Part shown: positions 35,109 through 44,548 of the stretch, piece after piece
How positions within the stretch are numbered: the first letter of the stretch is position 1
How the letters are laid out: every line of letters begins with the position of its first letter
IMG/VR virus record: IMGVR_UViG_3300047053_000004
Span: 8,249-72,248 of that record
Direction: 5' to 3' (one strand)
DNA from: a virus
Length of the DNA stretch: 64,000 bases
Notes under the pieces: generated by a model
Database searches by the model: none
What the model saw: only the letters and a program-made list of their open reading frames with translations
Told to the model about the DNA's origin: nothing
Made by a program: the position numbers and the translations under genes

Positions 35109-37307
35109 TTACTCGGCGCTTAATATATTTGCATAACTACTTGGTGCAACCTGCTTCCAATTGGCAATCGCCTCTTGTACATCATTATCATCCACATTAG
35201 TGATCGCCTCAAACTCTTTCTCGGATAAAATATCTCCACCAATAGTTATTGCGTCAGCGTCAGTTCTTAGAGAGCGCAATTCATCAATACTGCTCTCTCT
35301 GATACTACCTAACATCTCTTCCGGCATGACTTCCAAATAGATAGCGCGGGCTTCTTCAATTGAGTCTACACCGATGACATACTTCTCCTCGTCAAACTCA
35401 CCATTGATATATTGCTCAATTGCAAAGATTGAGGGCGATCGCAGGTTAGTTCCGCAGTAAACATCGACTGCCATCCCATCCGCACCTTTGGTCTTTTGAA
35501 AATGCCCATAAGCACTTGTGAGCATTTTACCGTGGCGCATTTCAAAGGGAAGATATTGCAAGCCAATTTTGAATCCCTGCCATTCAATAATTTTTTTAGC
35601 TGGGGTGGAGTCGTCAACTTTTGCAGTGCTAGGTGTTCCAAAACTGAAGTACAAGTTAGCCCAGTATTTGGGCTGATATGGGTCAGAAGCGTTGGCGAAT
35701 GCCTTGTCGTCAGACATCGCCCCCGTATCTACGTCATTTTCACCGAAGTTTACCAGCTGCACAAATCCGTTTTTAGTGGCAAGAACTTGATAGTGATCGC
35801 CTACTCGATAAGGTTTATTTGGTGCGTAAAGCTTACCTTTGTACCGCACCCTGCCGCCCTCGCGCTTCAAACTGGCTAGCCTTACTGCGTCCGACCTTAG
35901 ATGCTCATTATCCTCTATCTTCTGCTCTTCCTGTTCATTTTCTTCCTGTTTCGGGCTAGGCGCTTTACTCGATCCAGAAACCAATACGCTAGCTTCAACG
36001 TTAATTTTGTCAGCCTCGGCATAAATTTTGACAATCTCAGCTTTCTCTTTGGGTGACTCTGTATATAAGGCTATCCACTGCCATCCATGCACTGAATCGT
36101 CTTCGGATGCATCGTCTTCTGATAGCAGCAGTTTATTCAAGTATTCAATATTATCTGTAAATTTATCCTGTTGTGCCTCCTCAACCAAGTCATTGAGGTA
36201 GCGTTGCTCTCCGGTAATCTTACCGCTAGCATCAAGCCCTGCTGCAAATTGCCCAAATAGCACGCTTGCGGGTACGCCACTGGCAGCTACTAATTCGTCC
36301 TTGAGGCATTCTGCCGTCTCACTAACACCGCCAAGATTCATGCTAATGAAGTCCAGCTTCTCCTTTGTCAGGTCAGCAACATAGCCACGGTACAGGCTCA
36401 TGCTGACTTGATTGGTTGAGAGGCGATCGCTTAACTTCCTTTCTGCTTCTTTTCCACCCTGCCAAAGCTTATCGAAAAGTCCATCTATGTAATGAACAAA
36501 TATACTGAAATTGGTCAATACACGGGATAAAGATGCGTAGCCATTAAAAAATCGCTGCCACACATCAATAAATGGTTCAAGAACTGATGCACCATGCCCA
36601 TTATTCCTACCACGTTCTCTCAATGGGAGTTCGTTACCAATAAATTCTAGTATCCTGCTTTTGTGAACTTTGTTATTAGCCTTGTAGCTATCAGGGAGGA
36701 TAAGATTAGAAGTAGATAAAGTATTTGTATACAAACAATAATATTCAGGATTTATACGCTCATAATTACTGACACCATCAGGGTAAATCTGATATCTGTC
36801 AAGCACAATTAATTGCTCAATCTTTGATACATTGTCAATTTTTAGTGGTTGAGAATAGTCCTCATCCTCGTCATCGGCTACGATTAAAATATAAGCACTG
36901 CCGTATAAATTAGCCCAAGTCTGAGCTTGCTTAACTTTCTTCCTAAGTGATAAATCTTTATGGCGATTAGAAAGCCATTGAATCAATTTTATTTTAGACT
37001 CAAGTAGCTCCAAGTCATCTGAATATTGCACAAGATCGGATGAATACTTTTTCACCCGCTCCAGTATTGATTCTGATGATTCACCGTCAAACGTCAATTG
37101 TCCCCACTTACGGCACATAAGACGGGGCATGATTTCTACAACACGACGACAGGCCCATGAAGAGATGTAATAAGCGTCTAGCGCTTCGTTGGAATAATAT
37201 CCGCTTATATTGCGAACCTTGGTATATTCGTTGGGGTCACGACGCGTGCCAATCCCAAGAATGGCATTTTCTACTGGAGATACGTCAAAGCGTTCGATGT
37301 CTGACAT
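35109..37307 (-). CDS. Portal protein (DUF1073-type) with two fused C-terminal domains including an inorganic-pyrophosphatase-like domain
   Basis: Y..SWACRRVVE..P..M.R.W; A..WA.LYG.A.I; G.SVLE; L.A..G.P...LFGQ..AGL; follows terminase. Confidence 0.85.
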   Translation of the reverse strand: MSDIERFDVSPVENAILGIGTRRDPNEYTKVRNISGYYSNEALDAYYISSWACRRVVEIMPRLMCRKWGQLTFDGESSESILERVKKYSSDLVQYSDDLELLESKIKLIQWLSNRHKDLSLRKKVKQAQTWANLYGSAYILIVADDEDEDYSQPLKIDNVSKIEQLIVLDRYQIYPDGVSNYERINPEYYCLYTNTLSTSNLILPDSYKANNKVHKSRILEFIGNELPLRERGRNNGHGASVLEPFIDVWQRFFNGYASLSRVLTNFSIFVHYIDGLFDKLWQGGKEAERKLSDRLSTNQVSMSLYRGYVADLTKEKLDFISMNLGGVSETAECLKDELVAASGVPASVLFGQFAAGLDASGKITGEQRYLNDLVEEAQQDKFTDNIEYLNKLLLSEDDASEDDSVHGWQWIALYTESPKEKAEIVKIYAEADKINVEASVLVSGSSKAPSPKQEENEQEEQKIEDNEHLRSDAVRLASLKREGGRVRYKGKLYAPNKPYRVGDHYQVLATKNGFVQLVNFGENDVDTGAMSDDKAFANASDPYQPKYWANLYFSFGTPSTAKVDDSTPAKKIIEWQGFKIGLQYLPFEMRHGKMLTSAYGHFQKTKGADGMAVDVYCGTNLRSPSIFAIEQYINGEFDEEKYVIGVDSIEEARAIYLEVMPEEMLGSIRESSIDELRSLRTDADAITIGGDILSEKEFEAITNVDDNDVQEAIANWKQVAPSSYANILSAE

Positions 37308-37427
37308 GAAGCTCTAAAGCTCGAAACTATTGAAATTATAGGCGATCGCACTTCTATTTCCGAGACTGGCAGCAACGTCGATTAGTGGGGAAGAATCATA
37401 GCGTTCAGTTTCACTCATATTTTGTTG

Positions 37428-37685
37428 TTAATTCATTAAGTTTTTTGCTTCACAAAGAGGCGATGGCTTAATGCGGCGTTTTTTAATTGGGTGCAATCTT
37501 GAAAGAATATTTCGCATCTCTTCTGTAGAAATTTTATCTTCTTGAGCAATATCTGCTAGTATTCTACGGAATCCATCTAAGGGCATTCCAAGTTCTTCGT
37601 GGCAATCAATAGCAATTTTATCTAATTTCTCTTTTAAAGTCATGATATAGACAATGGTGAAAACGAAAGAATATTCATAAGTCAA
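37428..37685 (-). CDS. Hypothetical protein
   Basis: ORF coupled to 37675..38001; true start may be MTLKEK. Confidence 0.45.
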   Translation of the reverse strand: MTYEYSFVFTIVYIMTLKEKLDKIAIDCHEELGMPLDGFRRILADIAQEDKISTEEMRNILSRLHPIKKRRIKPSPLCEAKNLMN

Positions 37686-38001
37686 TTATTGTTGAGGGAT
37701 GACTGGCTACACCTGCTCTACCCATATAATTATCACCTACGTTTCCATGCCTGCAAATATCAACTAAAAGTAATTGCTCGTTATAGTAAATTTTGCAGGG
37801 TTCCGGCAATCTTGCCCAATTATATATTGGGAAATATGCTAAATCCATAACAGAATTTAAAGATTTTTTAGCATCAAACTTACTCTTAATAAAATCATAG
37901 TATTGAGGTTGGCAAGCTACAGCGATCGCTTGCGGGTTTTTCTCTTGATAATCCCGCATCTCTTGAACAGTCTTTTTAAGATTTTCGTAAACTTCGGACA
38001 T
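37675..38001 (-). CDS. Hypothetical protein
   Basis: 108-aa ORF directly after terminase. Confidence 0.5.
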   Translation of the reverse strand: MSEVYENLKKTVQEMRDYQEKNPQAIAVACQPQYYDFIKSKFDAKKSLNSVMDLAYFPIYNWARLPEPCKIYYNEQLLLVDICRHGNVGDNYMGRAGVASHPSTIIDL

Positions 38002-38021
38002 AATTTAATTTGTGTTTTTAA

Positions 38022-39893
38022 TTATTGTGACATCATTTCCCACATTTCAAATCCGCTTTGTTTCTGACCATGTAGTAAGTGTATATAAAAAGCGACTTCG
38101 CAAAACATCGCTGCATAGTACAAATCATCAACATGATTTTTGGGGCGCTTCCACTTTCCCGTAGTTGGGTCAAACGATGGTGCAGTCAGGTGAACTAAGG
38201 GCGATCGCTCTGTCGGTTTCCCAATCCACATCTGCCAATCACTAGGTAAATGGTATTTATTCATCAAAAACCCGTGCAATACATCCTTGAGAAATTTTTC
38301 GTTACGTAGCTTCCAACATTTATGCTCATTGCCACCTTCCCTAACTAGTCCTTCTCTTACAGCATCCATTTGAGATGATTGCTGATCTGCCATTTCAAGA
38401 CAGGTGTTTGAGCAAAGTTCGGCAGCAGCGGAAATATCCGGTTCATTATCAATTACGCCAAAATCCACGTCTGTGATGAAACTGGGGACTTCGCCCTTCA
38501 TCACATCGCCACCAAATAAAACATGACGGCGGGATTGTTCAATGACTTGGGCAATGGGGAGGGTGCGCCAGTCAACGGGGAGGTAGTAAGCACACTTCCA
38601 CAGCCAATACTCGTTTCTGCCTTGGTCGATACCTGTTAGGGTGAATTCTGGCGTACCGAGAGGGGGAGAAAGGGTGATCGCACCCTTCAACATTTCTAAA
38701 GTTACGTTTGTACTACCTGACTCAGAAACAATGCCAAGTCGCTGTTGCTGCCAATCCGGTGTATTGTATGTTTCACTCCCCTCTCTGATAATTTCTTCAG
38801 CTAAGTTGTATTCTGTTTCTCGCAGCAGGGGACTAAGACAAATTCCCACTTTATAACGGCGCTTCGGGTAGCCAGTCGGCAGAGAATCAAGAAACGAGCG
38901 CAAGTCAACTCCAGTTTTTATGCAGCGAAACCACGCTTTTTTAGTGCGAGTATTTTGAGGAATTTCTTCCTCGCAATGGGGGCAAGCAAAATATGCAGAG
39001 GCGATCGCGTCTTGGGAATTATGGAAATACCAATCAACTGGCCTGCCTGTTTCTGATAAATATTTGATTCTGCCGTTTTTCTCGCTGACTACTTTGAGTA
39101 GGCAGCCAAGGGGTGTAAGGTTAAATTCACTCTTGCAACCTGGGCATTTTGCATGAGGATGAAAGTCAAGATCGGCAGTTTCAATCTCAACCTCAATTCC
39201 CAAGCCAGAACCCTTTGTACCAATTTGGCGGATGGGGCGTGATGGAAGTCTACCAGCGTCAAGACGACGATCTAATGGTGCGTCTGCTCCTGGGGGATAC
39301 TGCGATCGCTCCTCTTTAAATAAAATATCTCTCGATACCCCAACTGCAATACCACCCGCCGCCGCCCCGCCGCCGCCTTCTTTAATTTTGCTGGTAGAAA
39401 CATACACAAATTGAGCAGTAGCGCCCTTTACTTGGTATATGGTGTTATTTTGCGTATCTTCTCCTAACTTGGTTTTGATGCCTTTGGCTTTGAGCCAAGT
39501 TTTGATGATGGGGCGGAAGTTACTTGGAACTTGGATATTAAGCGATCGCTCTTGGTCATAGCTCCACAGGGTACTCAGCCCGCCTTCTACAAGGCAATAA
39601 CAGAGGAATGACGTATTAGCAAGGGTTTTCCCGATTTGACTCGCCCCCGTCGTTAATACCTCTGCAAGCCTCACGTCCCCCACCAACTCGTAAAGCTCTT
39701 TATGCCAAGGGTGAAGAGTTAAGCGATCGCCCCTCTCGTTTACCCCGTACTTCTCTACTGCTGCTACAAATGGTTTACCGCCTTTTTGGTAACACTCATC
39801 TACAAAGTCGTGTCGAAGTTCTCCTGATGTGGGCGATCGCTTGTATTTTTGTTGGCGTTTGGGGTTAAGTCGGGATGGGGAGGGGGCGATCAC
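38022..39893 (-). CDS. terL: Terminase large subunit (GpA-like)
   Basis: Walker A-like TGASQIGKT; CPGC/CPHC zinc motifs; nuclease TGIDQG and C-terminal DDLYYA; position before portal. Confidence 0.85.
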   Translation of the reverse strand: MIAPSPSRLNPKRQQKYKRSPTSGELRHDFVDECYQKGGKPFVAAVEKYGVNERGDRLTLHPWHKELYELVGDVRLAEVLTTGASQIGKTLANTSFLCYCLVEGGLSTLWSYDQERSLNIQVPSNFRPIIKTWLKAKGIKTKLGEDTQNNTIYQVKGATAQFVYVSTSKIKEGGGGAAAGGIAVGVSRDILFKEERSQYPPGADAPLDRRLDAGRLPSRPIRQIGTKGSGLGIEVEIETADLDFHPHAKCPGCKSEFNLTPLGCLLKVVSEKNGRIKYLSETGRPVDWYFHNSQDAIASAYFACPHCEEEIPQNTRTKKAWFRCIKTGVDLRSFLDSLPTGYPKRRYKVGICLSPLLRETEYNLAEEIIREGSETYNTPDWQQQRLGIVSESGSTNVTLEMLKGAITLSPPLGTPEFTLTGIDQGRNEYWLWKCAYYLPVDWRTLPIAQVIEQSRRHVLFGGDVMKGEVPSFITDVDFGVIDNEPDISAAAELCSNTCLEMADQQSSQMDAVREGLVREGGNEHKCWKLRNEKFLKDVLHGFLMNKYHLPSDWQMWIGKPTERSPLVHLTAPSFDPTTGKWKRPKNHVDDLYYAAMFCEVAFYIHLLHGQKQSGFEMWEMMSQ

Positions 39894-39922
39894 TTATTTT
39901 GTAAGTATTTTTACGCAATTTA

Positions 39923-39999
39923 TGCTATAATCAAAGTATTAATGGCTTCACGGTGCAACGAACACCCAAGCCTCTATGACTGATTAGGAGTCACAACTT
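39923..39999 (+). promoter_or_regulatory. Extended -10 promoter and structured leader with an RBS-sequestering hairpin
   Basis: TGCTATAAT at 39923-39931; stem GGCTT/AAGCC with GGTG/CACC; TGACT(39977-81)/AGTCA(39989-93) overlaps AGGAG (39986-90). Confidence 0.55.
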
Positions 40000-40788
40000 A
40001 TGTCAACAGTAGCACAGGCGTTAAATGAAAAAAAGTACGCTACTTACAAGGTTAGAACCTTCACTTGCCCAGTCTGCAATCAAGTATTTACTAGAAGGCG
40101 TCCTCCAGGGATTCAAACCTGCTCCAAAGAATGCGGAATCATAATATCAGGACAAAAAAGAAGAACTGGGTTTGATTTAAACTGTTCCCAATGCAATCAG
40201 CCTATTTATGTAGGGATTGCTAGGTATCAAAAAAGCACTACTAAAACTTTCTTTTGTTGTCTGGAACACGCCAACATCTATCAAGGTAGAAACAAAGACG
40301 AGTATACTTGCAAAACCTGTAGAGAGAAATTTAGGCGATCGCCCTGCTGGAAGAATTACAACGAACAGAAATACTGCTCAAACGCTTGCACTCTAGCGAG
40401 TCCTGACCTTAAACAACGCCTCATAGAGATGAATGTTCTACAGCAAAAACTTAAAACGAACAAGGTAGAAGAAGCAGGATACTCGTTACTTGATCGAATG
40501 GGGTTGCTCTACTTTAATCAATACTTAATAGCAAATAAATTTTGTGTAGATGCGTTTTTCTATAGCGAGTCTTTGATAGTTCAATTTGATGGGGACTACT
40601 GGCACGGCAATCCAGACAAATTCCCTGTTTTAGACGAGCGGCAAAAGAAAAGGTCTAGGCTAGATAAGTCGCAAGATGCATATATGGACAAGTGTGGTTA
40701 TAGAGTGTTAAGGATTTGGGAAACCGATATCAAAAAGCATCCAGAAGAGGTTAAAGCGAGAATACTTGCCGCGCTTTCTCGTCGCTAA
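40000..40788 (+). CDS. Free-standing Vsr/DUF559-like endonuclease with zinc-binding N-terminal repeats (homing-endonuclease-like)
   Basis: Several CxxC...CS..C units; FCVDAF...IVQFDGDYWHG...DKSQDAYM...GYRVLRIWETDI. Confidence 0.8.
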   Translation: MSTVAQALNEKKYATYKVRTFTCPVCNQVFTRRRPPGIQTCSKECGIIISGQKRRTGFDLNCSQCNQPIYVGIARYQKSTTKTFFCCLEHANIYQGRNKDEYTCKTCREKFRRSPCWKNYNEQKYCSNACTLASPDLKQRLIEMNVLQQKLKTNKVEEAGYSLLDRMGLLYFNQYLIANKFCVDAFFYSESLIVQFDGDYWHGNPDKFPVLDERQKKRSRLDKSQDAYMDKCGYRVLRIWETDIKKHPEEVKARILAALSRR

Positions 40789-41986
40789 CTGACTCAAATC
40801 TTTTAATCAAAATATCTAAATATGCAGGGATAATCTCAAAACCAACAACAGTGCGAGAACCCTGCATTTTTTGTGCAGATATTAAAGATGACCCGCTACC
40901 AAGGCAAGGATCAAAAATTAGCCCTGAATCATGAGTGTATTTCTCAAAAACAATTGAGTGCAATTCATAAGGTTTTTGGTTTGGGTGAACTCTTTTTGAC
41001 GTATCTTCTTTTTCCATGCCAAAAATACCAGCCCACTTGACTCTAAAAATATCTCTTTTGTGCTTCTTTTTTGACCAGCAAAGCTCAAAGCAACTACCAA
41101 ACATTTGATCAGCCGATTCATCTAGTCTTTTGTCCCAGACAAACCACGATCCATTATTTTTACTTGGTAGCTTTTCTGCATAATAATCCGCACCCCACCA
41201 AAATTGTTCTTCTACATCTTTGAAAATTTTAAATAGTGGCAAAGGATCAAAACTACCATCATCACCCTCAACGTCTTGATATTGCCGCCCACCAAAAGCC
41301 TTCTTTTGGTGGGCGAATTTCAAATTGCTTTTCATGCCGCTAAAGTCAGCATCCAAATTCATCCCATAAGGAATATCGGCCCAAACCATGTCAGGCGATC
41401 GCCCCCCAACAAAACTCAATAACTTCCGCACATTCTCTTCAACAGTGCAATCAGCCGCACAAATAAAATGCCGTCCCAGTTGCCAAATATCGCCGGGAGC
41501 AACACGCGATTCAACTACTTCGGGAATCTCATCATCATCCCCACTTCCACCACCACCAGAACCCCCGTCATCGTCATCAAAATTCAATTCAATCGACTCA
41601 AACCCCGTGAGGTCTAAATCAAAATTTGATTCCTTCAAAAATTCAAAATCTAACTTTAGTAAGTCTGGGTCAAACCCAGTATTCATGGTTAGTTTGTTAT
41701 GAGCTAGCCTGTAAGCTACTTTTTGCGCCTCAGTTAGCCCAGTAATTTGAATTACGGGAATAGTCGCGTCTCCTCTCTGTTTAGCCGCCAACACCCTTCC
41801 ATGACCCTCAAGGATCTCGCCTTTCTCGTCAACTGCTACAGGGTCAAGAAATGTAAACTCCTCGATTGACGCGACTATTTGGTCAACATGGGTATCGGGG
41901 TGTAATTTGGCATTATTGTCATAAGGAATGATGCGGTCGAGTGTCCATTCTTCAATGGGCGATCGCTTAATCTGATTTTTGCTCAC
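40751..41986 (-). CDS. ParB-N domain fused to beta-class N6/N4 DNA methyltransferase
   Basis: PYDNNAKLH...I..F.F.DP..VD...ILEGHGRVLAA; DIPYG; HPNQKP; IFDPCLGSGS. Confidence 0.88.
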   Translation of the reverse strand: MSKNQIKRSPIEEWTLDRIIPYDNNAKLHPDTHVDQIVASIEEFTFLDPVAVDEKGEILEGHGRVLAAKQRGDATIPVIQITGLTEAQKVAYRLAHNKLTMNTGFDPDLLKLDFEFLKESNFDLDLTGFESIELNFDDDDGGSGGGGSGDDDEIPEVVESRVAPGDIWQLGRHFICAADCTVEENVRKLLSFVGGRSPDMVWADIPYGMNLDADFSGMKSNLKFAHQKKAFGGRQYQDVEGDDGSFDPLPLFKIFKDVEEQFWWGADYYAEKLPSKNNGSWFVWDKRLDESADQMFGSCFELCWSKKKHKRDIFRVKWAGIFGMEKEDTSKRVHPNQKPYELHSIVFEKYTHDSGLIFDPCLGSGSSLISAQKMQGSRTVVGFEIIPAYLDILIKRFESVSDEKARQVFSL

Positions 41987-42085
41987 GGTCTAAATGCTCC
42001 TTTGCAATCCAAACATAACCAAGGTAGCCACTTGTCTGCAAAAGTAGTATTTGTTGATTTACACCAAGGGCACTGGGGTGATCGC

Positions 42086-42661
42086 TTAATCTGATTCTGA
42101 TTGTTCATTATTGCTAGGGTCTATAACTTCATAGCCTTCTTTTTCTAGTCTGCCAGCCGCGGCGTTAATATCAACAAAATATTTCAAGCCGGTAACAGCT
42201 TCAATAGCATCTGTGCTTCGCTTCAATATTTGTGACCAATAATTCATCTCATATCCTACGTGGTCTTTAGCCAAAATCTTCGCTCTTTCTGCCAATGGTA
42301 GATTTTGAATTTCTGCTAATTGCTGCGCTTTAGTCTGGGCTATTTTGGCAGCATAATCACGGAATAATTTGTGTCGTTCGTAGTTAGCGATCACTATATC
42401 TGATAATTGATCTGATAATTTATCAGATGTTTTTTCAATAATTTTCTGTTGAGTTGCTGTACCAAGCCGCGACTTAAAGTGTACCCTTTGCTCGTGCCAG
42501 TTACGTCCCTCAACCCTTTCCTTAGACCAGTCTTGCAGCGTACTCTTGGCCCGTCCAGATTCGGACGCAAGCCCCCTAATCCCAATATCATCTTCGCCCT
42601 CCACGTATCGGCGGCGGCATTGCTCTTTAGTCCACGGCTTTGGTAATCTATCCCAGTTCAA
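42086..42661 (-). CDS. Putative terminase small subunit
   Basis: N-terminal HTH-like (RRRYVEG...IRGLA..SG..KSTL..WS...W), helical body; upstream of terL. Confidence 0.55.
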   Translation of the reverse strand: MNWDRLPKPWTKEQCRRRYVEGEDDIGIRGLASESGRAKSTLQDWSKERVEGRNWHEQRVHFKSRLGTATQQKIIEKTSDKLSDQLSDIVIANYERHKLFRDYAAKIAQTKAQQLAEIQNLPLAERAKILAKDHVGYEMNYWSQILKRSTDAIEAVTGLKYFVDINAAAGRLEKEGYEVIDPSNNEQSESD

Positions 42662-42699
42662 TTAATTGAGGTGTTTTTTCAATCTTAGGTGATCACTCA

Positions 42700-42948
42700 T
42701 CAATATAAACCAGCATCCCACGGGCTGCCATCCTCGCTAGTCCGCTCGATAATCCAATACTCAACACCTTCCATATCTCGCTTAATAAATCCTCTACTGA
42801 GAAATCCTGACTCCTCAACCTTGTCCGCAGTAGTGTTAATTGCCATCAGCCACGGTTCTTTGTTGGGGTAATTCCAGTGTTTCCAGTATCTAGTGTGTGA
42901 GTGGTTAGCAAGGATTAATACAATATTCTGTAGTTCATTTAGCGTCAT
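42700..42948 (-). CDS. Hypothetical protein
   Basis: 82-aa ORF. Confidence 0.45.
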   Translation of the reverse strand: MTLNELQNIVLILANHSHTRYWKHWNYPNKEPWLMAINTTADKVEESGFLSRGFIKRDMEGVEYWIIERTSEDGSPWDAGLY

Positions 42949-42980
42949 GAATACCTAAAACTTCTTTAACAACTAAAGTG

Positions 42981-43190
42981 TCAAACTGATAAGATCTTTC
43001 GCTCAACAGCATTCAAAAAATCAGCCACCGCATAAAAGGTTAAAGGGGAAAGGGAAAAGGAGGAATCTATTAATCCTTTACCCTGCGCGAAGCGCTTACC
43101 CTTTCCCCCTTCCCCTTCTTCATAAACCTCATATTCTACGGTTTTCTCGCCAAAATTTGCATAACCTAGGGCGATCGCCTCTATAATCAA
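42981..43190 (-). CDS. Small ORF carrying an in-frame palindromic repeat insertion
   Basis: 84-bp element plus a duplicated CATAAA (43031-36 and 43121-26) equals 90 bp, frame preserved. Confidence 0.4.
   Translation of the reverse strand: MIIEAIALGYANFGEKTVEYEVYEEGEGGKGKRFAQGKGLIDSSFSLSPLTFYAVADFLNAVERKILSV
43037..43120. repeat. Purine/pyrimidine palindromic repeat flanked by a CATAAA direct repeat
   Basis: Core GGAATCTATTAATCCTTTACCCTGCGCGAAGCGC. Confidence 0.85.
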
Positions 43191-43201
43191 ACCTAAAAAC
43201 T

Positions 43202-43783
43202 ATGCCACTTCGAGATGATATCTTAGCCTACCAAGCAGAGCACCAATGCATTGGATCTTATATCCGCAAGCGCTTGCTAATCAGGACTCCCGTTGCAGTA
43301 GTTGAATCGCTCAACCCTACGGGCATCTATCTTGATTTATTTGATACAACCCTTTACACTATTGACGACACCACAGATTACATATATCTCAGAATCTTCC
43401 CTGATTATGACCAAGAAAATGACAATTTAGGGGATGGAGGATTGAGAAACACATTTTCTTCACCTGCGGTATATGCGGTTAGTCTTGTGAGGCGTGGGTT
43501 TAAAGCAACAGTCACAGATCGCCGTAAGCTTATTTTAGATATTATTAGGCAGTTAATTGATATTTCTAAATCCAGCAGCTATGTAAGATTTGCACCCATC
43601 AAGGTAATTGATTATTGCTTGCCAGAAACTAATGCTCTTATTGTTGGTAACGAAAACGAAATTGGTACAGTGCGGTGGGGGGAAATCAAGTTTGATGCTT
43701 TGCCAGGGCTAACAGGTAGAGGGTATTTGAAGGGCGACTGGAGTTTTAGTTTTGACGAGGCCCCAAGCCTGAGATTAAGTTAA
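43202..43783 (+). CDS. Hypothetical protein (possible tail-completion-like fold)
   Basis: 193-aa ORF; no diagnostic motif. Confidence 0.55.
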   Translation: MPLRDDILAYQAEHQCIGSYIRKRLLIRTPVAVVESLNPTGIYLDLFDTTLYTIDDTTDYIYLRIFPDYDQENDNLGDGGLRNTFSSPAVYAVSLVRRGFKATVTDRRKLILDIIRQLIDISKSSSYVRFAPIKVIDYCLPETNALIVGNENEIGTVRWGEIKFDALPGLTGRGYLKGDWSFSFDEAPSLRLS

Positions 43784-43876
43784 AGATAGACCCTAGCCGT
43801 CCAGAGTCTATCATGCTAGTATTTACTAGCTTGTGGCAAGAATGTCTGTATTAATCATAGCAAGCGATCGGAATTT

Positions 43877-44308
43877 ATGGAATTCCTTCAGTTTGGCGAA
43901 CTTTTGGTAGCCGGATTTCGGTCTGCCTTTGAACAATTTCAACAACAACAGGAGAGGAAGTTTATGGCTTTAAGTGCAGACATTCAATCTCAAATTGATC
44001 GGGCTTTACAAAATCAAAATGTTTCTACTCAACTAATCACAACGACACTTGAGACAATTGGGCAAGAAACCGCACAAGTAAGCGATGCGGTGACGACACT
44101 TACCACCACAACCGCCCAATTGACTCAAACACTTGTCGAAAAAGATGAATTGATAACTCAACTTTTAGCGCAAATTGCAGAAAGTAATCAAGAAAAAGCA
44201 GAAATCGTGTCTGCACTTGATGCTCTTAATCAACAACAAGAACAAGGGCTTGCATCTCAGCAAGAGGCGATCGCCCAAATAAGCAGCATCTTTACCCCAA
44301 ACTCTTGA
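43877..44308 (+). CDS. Gln/Thr-rich coiled-coil protein
   Basis: Heptad-like composition; RBS-like GGA before the start. Confidence 0.6.
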   Translation: MEFLQFGELLVAGFRSAFEQFQQQQERKFMALSADIQSQIDRALQNQNVSTQLITTTLETIGQETAQVSDAVTTLTTTTAQLTQTLVEKDELITQLLAQIAESNQEKAEIVSALDALNQQQEQGLASQQEAIAQISSIFTPNS

Positions 44309-44346
44309 TCTTTCTGGCACTGGCAAAGTAGGGGGTAATTACCCCA

Positions 44347-44530
44347 ATAAAGGGGAAAGGTTAAAGGGGAATGGGGAAAGGGGAAGGGGTAATTTTAAGA
44401 GGGGTAAAGGTTAAAGGGAAAGGGGGAAAGGAAGAATCTATTAATCCTTTGCCCTGCGCCGGAGGCGCTTCCCCTTTACCCTGCGCGAAGCGCTTCCCCT
44501 TTCCCCCTTCCCCCTTCCCCTTCTTCATAA
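44347..44530. repeat. Purine/pyrimidine palindromic repeat at a convergent gene junction
   Basis: Same core AAGAATCTATTAATCC and TGCGCCGGAGGCGC/TGCGCGAAGCGC hairpins; ATAA at both ends. Confidence 0.85.
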
Positions 44531-44548
44531 CCAAGGGTACAAGCTCCG

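Noticed and set aside
35109-37307. Anti-CBASS Acb1 (label sometimes attached to DUF1073 proteins)
   Set aside because: Size, motifs and position after terminase indicate a portal; no pair of HxT/S 2H-phosphodiesterase motifs was recognised
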